Below, piece after piece: positions 54,058-64,000 of a DNA stretch of 64,000 nucleotides. The position numbers and the translations under genes were made by a program. Numbering within the stretch: the first letter of the stretch is position 1; every line of letters begins with the position of its first letter. The notes beneath the pieces were generated by a model. It saw only the letters and a list, made by a program, of their open reading frames with translations, was not told where the DNA came from and ran no database searches. The DNA is taken from assembly GCF_006345805.1 (NCBI RefSeq), contig NC_043015.1:22940001-23004000 (forward strand), in the 5' to 3' direction. Source of the DNA: Octopus sinensis. Taxonomy: Eukaryota.

Positions 54058-54405
54058 CTTTATTTAACATCTATTTAACAACAAAGAAACAAAGAGGTGA
54101 GTAACAATTTGTCAGTGAATTACACAATATAAATGGGTACAATTTGCGAGGCTTCCACAAACCCCACTCGTTTCACGGACCACAAAAAGAGTTTTCAGGA
54201 CAGAGTAGTTGATTCCATGCAAAAAAAAAATACGATTTTTTTTCTTAGTGAAAGTTGTGCGAGTGTTAATCTACAAATTTAACAACAATTTTTCCATTCA
54301 TTTCTGTTTATGAACATGTATGCGTGCACAAAACATGCAATAGGTGTACGTACGTACGTGTGTGTATGTGTGTTCGTGTCTGTTGCCCATATATATTATA
54401 TATAT

Positions 54406-54470
<65 letters not shown>

Positions 54471-54479
54471 CATTTATAA

Positions 54480-54700
54480 TACATAGTTAATCCAAACATG
54501 AAAATACAAAGAGAAAACACAACAACGCAAGGACGTGGAACAAATATAGTATTATTGGACGCTCAGAAAGGAAGGAAAGAAGGAGGGCTTAACGTTCCAG
54601 CGGAGCTCTTCGTCAGAAACATAGGAAAAGGAAAGATCCAGTGAAGGGAAGAAGGAGGAAAAAATCGCTAACGGTATACACGCGATAACCCGACGTTGTG
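54480..54700 (-). repeat. Probable PLE pseudo-LTR fragment with decayed HHR (54587-54620)
   Basis: GUUU-CUGACGA-A-GAGC[ucc]GCUG-GAAC-GUU-AAGC; related fragment at about 34085-34135. Confidence 0.5.
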
Positions 54701-54859
54701 GGGGTCATAGTGCTAGTGCATGCATATATGTGTATATATATGTGTACATATTACATGTACATCTATATATATATATATATATCTACACATAAAATACCAA
54801 ATACAAAGTTATATCTTGATATCGCTAGTGATAACAATACTCAAAATATATAACAGACC

Positions 54860-55130
54860 GGAATTGTAGGCCCGTCTCTTGTAATTTCGATCAATTGAAT
54901 CGTGTCCTCCCTCTTGTATAGAAGTGTGGCTACAATCCAGCCTACCTCTACTTTTGGGGGGACAATTTTAAGTTTTATCCGAGACGTCCTACGTCCCAGA
55001 TATAAAGGTAAAAATAAAATATTTCCACTTTGCAAGGTTCGAGTCGAGTACTGCCTTGCACGCTCCGTTGACTCGAATTTTGCTTCTATTGTGGCGAATT
55101 TACAGCCTCTGGTTAGATACTTGATATCTT
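54860..55130 (-). pseudogene. L1/Tx1-like ORF1 fragment
   Basis: KFATIEAKF...FLPLYLGRRTSRIKLKIVPPKVEVGWIVA parallels KYAT...LLPSYCGKRAVRIRISKIPPE at 49.9-50.0 kb. Confidence 0.6.
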
Positions 55131-55570
55131 ACATAGTAACACCAAGACACTTTTCGATGGTGCTTTCCTCCAGGTGTTCAAATCCTTTTTTCTTTACATT
55201 TTATACTTTATAGACAATAGTTTTTTCTTTAATTTTATTTTTTATTTCGTTTAGTTGTGTTATCCTAGATTCACCGTCTTTGTCGGTGAACCAAAAAGCA
55301 GTATGCAGTCGAATCTATAGCCCTTTATGTATAAGAAATAAACCAACAGCAGTACTCAGTAGAAGCGGCTGTTCGAGAAAATAGACATTACATACAACTA
55401 AACTTCATATAGATACTTAATGCTAGCTTATTAGCAGCAATAGATTTTAATTATTACATACTACATATAATTCAATTGTTATTATTATCTCTAATTTTTA
55501 TTGTTGTGAAAGTATCTGACATAAAATAGAGAAATGTTTTTGCTTCACTTTTAACACGTAATACTGAAAT

Positions 55571-55908
55571 AGTGGAGAAGATATGATTTTGCTACGGGCT
55601 CGCCCTAGGCAAGAAGTTGAACATTTTTTCCCATGAAACGTCATGGACCCTAAGTAAGGCATGTGTAAAATTTGAATGAAATTGGTTGTGTAGTTCTCAA
55701 GTTTTAGGGAATCATAGTGGTGAAGATATGATATTGTTGTGGGCTCGCCCTAGGCAAAAAGTTAAAAATTAATTTTTGCGGATGACACTCCCCGGACCCT
55801 AAGTACGGCATGTGTAAAAGTTGAATGAAATTTGTTGTGTAGTTCTCAAGTTTTAGGGAAACGCACAGACAGACAGACACACACACATTCTCAATTTTAT
55901 ATATATAG
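55571..55908 (+). mobile_element. Non-autonomous element end with two 145-bp tandem units and (GACA)n; Helitron/DINE-like
   Basis: Units start at 55571 and 55716; terminal acagacagacagacacacacacattctcaattttatatatatag. Confidence 0.55.
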
Positions 55909-56519
55909 AGAGATTATATATTATATATATATATATATAACGTACTTCTAAAAGTGCTTTGGTTATGAATATAAGATTTCTTTTCATAAATTTGCTCAAG
56001 AAACTTTTTTGGCATTCTGAATTCTAGAATAACACTACATGTCCGAGCAATAATAGAATCCATTCTTTGAAAATACCAAGAATATGTTTAAACAATGTAT
56101 TTGAAAATGAAAAGTTGACTTCGTCCTTGCTTGTTTTCACCCATCATTTATTGCAGCTTTAAGATATTTTCTCTAGAGTTCAGCTAATAAATCCGGCGTG
56201 TTATTGATTTGATTTCAAACCTGAGTTATGCAGAAATTGAGTGCTTTATTTATACAGCAACTATTGCCTTCATGCATATCTTATAAGAAGACACAATTAT
56301 CGGAAGTTTCTTCTCAACTGAATATTAATGTTGAAGTAGATACCATTCAAATCACATATGTGACAATTACATGGATATTATGTGCTTAAATTAATCTGAA
56401 ACGCATTTAGGGCAACTTTAATGGTTTGATAGATAAGATACCAATATGAATTGAAGGATACTTGCGAAGTAGCAACTTATTTAAAAATGCAGCATAATAC
56501 GTTTACATATATCTGTGAG

Positions 56520-56641
<122 letters not shown>

Positions 56642-56890
56642 CCGTGAATGTATATATGTATATATGTTTGTGTGTATGTATACTTGTGTTAAAGAATTGT
56701 ATATGACACTTAAATCATATATACGGTTGAAAGCTTTCTAAAAATCTGTGTAAACGATGAGGAGAACTCATCTCCTACAAACATTTGTAAAATTCAAGAA
56801 ATATATAAGGAGCGACTGCATATCGACTAGAAGTGGCGGTGACATAATAAAACACAAATTTCATTATATTTCGTTTTTTTTTTTTCTTAG

Positions 56891-57038
56891 ATTCATCAGT
56901 TGCAAATATCTACACACAACGAAAGCTAAGCCGCAAAATACTGTTGGTTGACATATCTACACAAAAACTGGAAGATCAATGGCATTTAGAAGGCAGTTTA
57001 AATGACATTCCGTTCTTAGCTGCTGAACAACTATTATT
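56891..57038 (+). CDS. Candidate internal exon of an unknown gene (148 nt)
   Basis: Poly-T acceptor ...ttcttag, donor gtaagt, one open frame SSVANIYTQRKLSRKILLVDISTQKLEDQWHLEGSLNDIPFLAAEQLL; no homology recognised. Confidence 0.25.
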
Positions 57039-57306
57039 GTAAGTTAGCTATCTGTATACCATAATTGGAGCATTTATGCTGTCGAACGCATTGTGATTTG
57101 GGTCATCTATGCGTCTATAATACAAAAGCATTCTACATAAACGTACAGTGTTAAAAACAAAGAAATATAGCAGGGAAATACGAAAATGACCAGCAGCGCA
57201 TTTGGTATCGATAAAATGAATGAATTTGTTGACACACATATATAAACATCTAGACATATATATACACACACATATATATGCATGTATGTATATATACGCA
57301 TGTATG

Positions 57307-57419
<113 letters not shown>

Positions 57420-57539
57420 ATATATACATTCTTCTTGTTTTTGCAACTGTCTGATAATACAGGCATAGACTTGCACAAATGCATCAATAAATTAACATTG
57501 ATATTTTTTCACCATTATTACAATCATGTGATACAAAAC

Positions 57540-58365
57540 TTCCGAATCGTGATATACGAGCAATTTTGCTATTCGACTTCAAAAAAGGACTTAAAGAATG
57601 AACCTGCTTGCGATATCAACGAAAGCTGACGTGAGTGGTCAGCTTGAAAATAGCTTTCAAGTTTTCGCAATGCAAATCTGAGCCTTGAAGTTGATGAGCG
57701 TAGTGGATAGCCATGTGTCAACGATGACGATCAATTAAAGACAGTCATTGATAAAGAGCAACATAAAACCACTCGAGAACTGGCAAAATAACTTCCAGTT
57801 AGCCGGAAAACTGCCTGAAACAAGCTGCTTGCGATCGGAAAATAAAAAAAGCTCGACAAATGTGTTGACACCATTTGAATGAAAAGCAGAAAATACGTAG
57901 ATATGAAATTTGCTCAACATTTCTTCATTGTATCCTGATCAATCCGTTTCTCGACCGCATTTTAACTCGCGAAGTAGAGTGGATTCCCTACAATGATTAA
58001 AAATACCTTCTTCGTGGTTGTTTGATCAAAATGAAGCACCAAAAACATTCCCTAAACCCGAGCTCTTCAAAAAGAATGTTATAATGACTTTTTGGTGGTG
58101 TACTACTGGACACATCCACTATAAGTTATTAAAATCCGGAAAAACCATTACTACAGAAACATATTGCTATGAAATAGACAAGATGAACGGGAAAACTGCT
58201 ACTCCTCCGTCAGCAGAAGAGGGCCAATCATTCTTCATGACAATGCTCGACAACACGTTTCAATAATGACGCTGCAGATGTTGAGGGAACTTGGCTACAA
58301 AGTTCTTCCTCATTCAGATCTTTCTCCTACCGACTTCCATGTCATCGAGCATCTCAATGGTTACA
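57540..58365 (+). pseudogene. Decayed mariner transposase
   Basis: TTRELA, PFLDRI, KTFPKPEL, WW...GHIHYKLL..GKTIT...YC, PIILHDNARQH, DLSPTDFH motifs. Confidence 0.85.
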
Positions 58366-59042
58366 CTTTAATATATACAATACCGAAGATATAATCTGGG
58401 AAGGTTTTTAAAACATGCCAAGTATCCCGAAGTAATCTCCAGAGCCTAGAGGTCATGTGCCCAGGGCCTGAAACTTACTTGCAAATACTGTGCGTATTTT
58501 ATAAACGGCTTAGATTATATTTTTTTGGTGACTTATTACTATACACTCTCTCTTTGAAACAATAGTATACATTACAATCAAATATATATGTATTCATATA
58601 TATGTATACGCATAACATATGTTTTTAGACATACGCACTCACAGACATAAACACATCCAATTATGAATATATATGAGTATATCTATGAGCAAATGTCAAA
58701 ATAAAATAAAGCACTGAGCATAATCGAGCATCCATGCTATTAAACTGTTATTTAATTCCTTCATAACTTCATAATCAACATAATGAAATTTAATATAATA
58801 TTCATGAGAAATTTGTTAGAAGTAAACACAATCCAAATGAAATATATGCACAAATGAAGTCTTGTATAGTTTGGATTATCATTTACTGGTCGTTCCGTCC
58901 TATGCTTCGGCAAAGTGTTATTAATGGTGATAATGGCGTATAGGAATATTTATCTCTGTCAATATTTATACGACAAATATTTATCTAAATATTACATAGG
59001 GATGTATATTAAATATAATGTAATATAATATGATATATATAC

Positions 59043-59140
<98 letters not shown>

Positions 59141-59785
59141 CTGTATATATATATATATTAATATATATATATACATATATATATAAATGTGTGTGTAGAT
59201 ATATATATGTGTGTGTGTATATATACATGCATACATACATACACACACACATATGTATACATATATGAATCTCTAGGCATGATAATGTGAGTGTGTGTTT
59301 GTCTATGTGTCTATGAGAATGTATGTATACGCACACTACAGTACACCACACGCACACACACACACACTCACACACACATGCCAATGGACAAACGAGCACA
59401 AACTCATGTGCGCATGTTTCTCTGCATGTAATAGATGAGTTTATTTTTAGATATACACACTTGTCTCCTATATTGTTGCTGCAGTTCTATCTAATAATTA
59501 CGTCAAGTCCCATGTGTGTGCGGAAACTCCACCAATTACACTTTAATTTAAAGGCAAGTAATTCATTTGGTCGAACAACAGCTATGTATACGTTCCTGGT
59601 TCTGTGCGTGTGCGAGTGCTTGTGTGTGTGTATGTGTATGTATGTGTTTTTGTGCATGTGTGTGTGCATGTGTGGTATTATAACTAAAGCTGAGGTTACA
59701 GGCAACTCGATTTTCATGACGTTTCGATCATCAGGCAAGCTAACATGACTAGGTGTCGGTAATGTATATATATACATATACATAT

Positions 59786-59843
<58 letters not shown>

Positions 59844-60000
59844 ATATATATATATATATATCTGTTGGTTGACCTATATGCATTGGTACTCGTATTATTT
59901 CGTTGGTTGTATAGTCTATCTGTGGTTTAGTGTTTATAGTTCATTCGATTTTAGTTGGGACTGTTATCAATCGTAAGTTTATAAGAAATCGGTAGTTTTG

Positions 60001-60162
60001 GCGGAGTTAGCACGCCGTGAAAAATGCTTAGTGGCATTTTGTTCGTCAACATATTCTCAAATCAAATTTCGCCGAGTTCGACTTTGAATTTCATCCGTTA
60101 GGAGTCGATTGAATGAGTACCAGTTACGCACTGCGGCCGATGGAATCGACTTAATCCCTTCC
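60001..60162 (+). mobile_element. SINE family B copy
   Basis: gttagcacgcc...aaatgcttag...gtaccagttacgcactg...aatcgactta. Confidence 0.7.
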
Positions 60163-60189
60163 CTCATATGTCATTCCTTGCCGTAGAAG

Positions 60190-60198
60190 GTATTATTA

Positions 60199-60261
<63 letters not shown>

Positions 60262-60284
60262 CATCATCATCATCATCATCATCA

Positions 60285-60379
<95 letters not shown>

Positions 60380-60387
60380 TTTTATCA

Positions 60388-60437
<50 letters not shown>
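60190..60437. repeat. (ATT)n/(ATC)n compound microsatellite
   Basis: Direct inspection. Confidence 0.95.
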
Positions 60438-60720
60438 TCAATTGAAAAGGAAATTGGGAGTGGACAGGGAAGTGCTCTCCTCAAGTGTGTTTATTGAAAG
60501 ATGGGTGGAAGTTGAGAAAATGGCAATTGTGGATGGTGCCTCTATATAAGTGTAGACCTGTGAGTCGGAGAGAAGGATTTGGAGACGGCACATTAATAAC
60601 GGTCATTTACATAGTGATTTCCCTTTGCTTAACAGTCATTTCCATAGTAATTTTTATTTGTCTTAATAACTGATAACATGCCGGAGCAGATTGCCGCTCG
60701 GAGTTTTATTATGGCAACCG
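60438..60720 (+). mobile_element. Probable L1/Tx1-like 3' end fragment
   Basis: QLKRKLGVDREVLSSSVFIERWVEV C-terminus then 3' UTR; family assignment from recollection. Confidence 0.4.
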
Positions 60721-60814
60721 AATAATTGTCACATATTATATTATATTGTATTATATTATAATATATTATATTTTATTATATTATATAGTATTATATTATG
60801 TATATTTTATTATA

Positions 60815-61206
60815 TCTTTATATATAAAAGTGAAGTTGTGTGTCTCTCTCCTACGATTTTGATTCCTAACTACTCCCACATTTTGTGGTGCAGTGTAACC
60901 AAAAGCGGGTATCTTATAGTCGTGATTCATATCGAGCCCTTCTGGGTATTAGCGCGCGTCTACGATGAGTCTACGATTTTAAAAACAATTTACCATCGTT
61001 TTCCCATTTTAATGCATTTGTTTGCTATTATATAAGGGAAGTAACTCTCTAAAAATGTATTATTAAATCTCAGAACGTAAAAAGCTACAGTAACACCCCG
61101 CTTTGTGGTTAGCCATATTGAGATGGCTATTATACTTTACATCTCTAAAAATGCTTATATAGTTATTTCCCTTACAAACCCGTGCAACGCCGGACGATAC
61201 TGCTAC
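60815..61206 (+). mobile_element. Non-autonomous Helitron-like element
   Basis: Starts TC after A; ends CCG-tgcaacgc-CGG hairpin plus ...ctgCTAC before T (one mismatch from CTAG). Confidence 0.65.
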
Positions 61207-63691
61207 TTATATTATATATGTATGTGCTTTGGCCTTGAGCAAAAATTTGAAATGAACATGTTTAATATCTGATCATTCAGTATAGGACACTTCGTCACAT
61301 TGCCATATTGTAGGCTTGATATTTGTATTTTCTTATTCTATTTTTAGTCTTATTCGTTTTGCATGAAGTTATCTATCTATCTGTCAATCAATCTATATAT
61401 CTGTCTGTCTTTCTCCGCCCCCTCACTCTATCTTTATAGCTCTCTGTCTGTCTATCTAAATACACGCTTAATGGAAGAGAACTAATGTAATGTACAATAC
61501 CTTTAATTAAATGTTGCCTCAAGTGAATATAAATGGTGAAGTTTTTGATTGTTGTCTTTTTGCCCATATTTCCGTATAACATGTTACTCCGTGAATATGA
61601 AACAGCCCTGTTAAAATCCCTTTTCTGACTTCCCTGGACCATTACACATCTTCATTTGTTCATGAACTGAGATCTTTTCGATGATTTGTATATTTCTTTG
61701 AAATGCATATTTGTTCGCGTAACTGGATATCTTTTTCATTTATTTAATTCCACTGCAAGACTATGCTGTGGTTCATTCAATTGAGCAAAGATTGCCTTTT
61801 GGTATTGCTATTTATGTAGTGTACGTAATTTTATCTCGCCTCTTATACGACTAAATTGAAACTAAACTTCCCTGCTGCGATATTGTTAAGAAGATGATTT
61901 TCAAGTGGTTATAAAAGAAGGTATATCCGAAATATCGTGTCAAATCAAGTAGTTGGACAGTGATCTTTAAACGGCTTTGTATGAAGTTATATTAAGCGTG
62001 CAGATAATTCTAGCGGATGCCGGAATAGTAAATATCCAACCACAATGCCCTTACTATCAAATAACATTCATTCTATTTATCGAGAATGGCATATATGAGC
62101 GTCCTTTCTAATTGAATGATATCCACGTATACTCAATGCAACTGAGGGGGAAATGCATTAAACATCCGAAGGACGAACTTCATTTACTTGTATAACAAGA
62201 CCATTCATCATTTCGATTCACTGACATTTACGAGAATTCTTCACTTTCAACTTTGACATCAAACGCCGTTTTCATATTCTTAATTTTCTTATTTTGCTCC
62301 CAAACGGGCTAAGGTATTTCACCATTCAAATCGATGATTAAAGAATAAAATATCCCACCCATATGAGCTGAGAACTTTACAATATGGTTCAGAAAAATTA
62401 TAACTTACAAGTGCGATTGAATTAACTGCTGAAGAGTATTAAGACACGATCTATTGCGTTAGTATTCATACATGTACATTTTGTAGTTTGATCTGGTTTA
62501 TAAGGCCTGGTGTTGAGACACCAGCGTGCTATTACTAAAATATCAAAAGCAATATTTGCCGCTATGATTCTGGAATAAATCTTCCAGTTCACCGGGTGCA
62601 ATTAATCTACGAACATTCATTTTGCTGAACTGTTTGGAGTGTACGGGTATTTTCGCTCGATCTGCAAAAATGAGCCGTTTGATGTCTATAGGTAAGGCCG
62701 CTGGAATTATTAAGAGCATCAGTTAAAGCTCTTTCACACCATACACTACCGACTTAAAAAGAAAAGCTGATGAAAAAGATAAATATGAGTAATCCTAGAT
62801 ACACTGGGTCAGCAGAAAAGTTAGAATGATCGCAACTCGAATGCACTGCGCTTTTCGTCTCCTTCATTTATATTGATTAGGGAAGAAACCAATGACAACA
62901 GCACCAATTTCAAACATTTACTATCGTAACCTAGCAACAATGAGTAAATCAGTATAATAAATATAAGTCCTATTTATATAAACGTTATGATATCATTTTC
63001 TTATATTTCTTTGATGCCTGTGATCTTTGAACAGAGAATAATTCCTCTGTAGCGGTTTTTTCTGTATCTTACGCCATTCTGAAAGGCTCTGCAATGAGGT
63101 CTTGAATTATATTTCTCAGTATCTGACCAATATGATTAGCAGACACACATAATATTTCGCTTCACCAATGTTTTAATAATAAAAGAAGCCAGCTTTATTT
63201 GCTAGTGAAAAATTGCTAATATCGCTGGCATTTCTTATTCTGAGTGTGTCATTTATATTAGGTCACTTCAAACAATAACATAAAGATTTAAACTATGCTA
63301 GCTTTCTGACATAAAAATCATCACTTATTGAAAAGCGTTCCAATCTCAACTATTATAAATATATTTCAAATATTGCATATTTTAAACGCGTCCTTTTGTT
63401 AAAGCCATTACGAAGCGAATTAGGGAATATCTTGAAGCTATGACTAGGAAATTGAGCGATTATATAGAAGCATCTTTTTCGGTTAGACCTAACTCTAAGT
63501 CGTTATTGTTGTTGCACTTGTTATTTATTTTACAGCCCTAAGTTATTATTCATTGAATGACTCTATAATCAGAGCGATTCTAAAATGGACACCCTCAACG
63601 TGTTAATTATGCTCAGGACTATATCATACTATATGTTCTCTCCTTACTCAGTCGGTAAGATATTTTACTCGTCGTGCGATTCATTAATACT

Positions 63692-63868
63692 TCGGGTCTA
63701 CGTCTATCTTTATACGTTCTCAGTTCAAATTCTGCCGAGGTCGACTTTGCCTTTCACTCATTCAGAGGTCGATAAATTAAGTACCGGTTGCGTACTGGGG
63801 GCGATCTAATCGACTGTCACCCTCCCCCTAAATTTCGGGCCTTGTGCCTAGAGTAGAAAAGTATATTG
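63692..63868 (+). mobile_element. SINE family B copy
   Basis: Same body and ggccttgtgcctagagtagaaaag tail as 34509-34730. Confidence 0.75.
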
Positions 63869-63956
63869 TGTCAGGATTAATACAGTTTACAACAACGAAC
63901 TTTACAACCATCTAGCATGGCTTATACAACCAAGTATGAATTAAATAGTATATAGG

Positions 63957-64000
63957 ACATATGGTTGTGATGCATGTGCCTGGTGTACCCTTATCAGACG
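63957..64000 (+). mobile_element. Fragment of the 13855-14401 repeat, running off the window end
   Basis: 44-nt match to 14278-14321 with 3 substitutions. Confidence 0.75.

Noticed and set aside
59715-59736. Minus-strand CUGAUGA-UC-GAAACGUC
   Set aside because: Core nucleotides present but stem II absent and stem I not adjacent; at most a collapsed remnant.
61560-62240. Minus-strand traces of a LINE endonuclease (VNEVRP, GYHSIRKD)
   Set aside because: Too decayed to support a call.

Overview
AT-rich eukaryotic DNA full of microsatellites. It looks like cephalopod (Octopus-type) intronic or intergenic sequence; this is inferred from the SINE families and repeat landscape, not verified. No host gene can be assembled with confidence. 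Protein-coding signal comes almost entirely from decayed transposons: two Penelope-like elements (PLEs; RT and GIY-YIG), two R4/Dong-like LINEs inserted in (AAT)n tracts, a near full-length CR1/L2-group LINE, RTE and L1/Tx1 fragments, mariner and maT remnants, Helitron-like elements, MITEs and tRNA-type SINEs. The most notable signal is non-coding: several small repeat families carry minimal type I hammerhead ribozyme (HHR) folds with short palindromic stem III. The best example is a 364-bp unit in a tandem-plus-inverted array at 41451-42429, with a complete HHR using the compensatory U3-A8 core pair. It is colinear with a 267-bp dispersed family (49184, 51100, 53878) whose HHR uses C3-G8. Another family shows G3-C8. 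This looks like a retrozyme-like or PLE-pseudo-LTR system. Four HHR-bearing elements form divergent (head-to-head) foldbacks. All ribozyme calls come from reading the sequence by eye; activity and novelty are untested.
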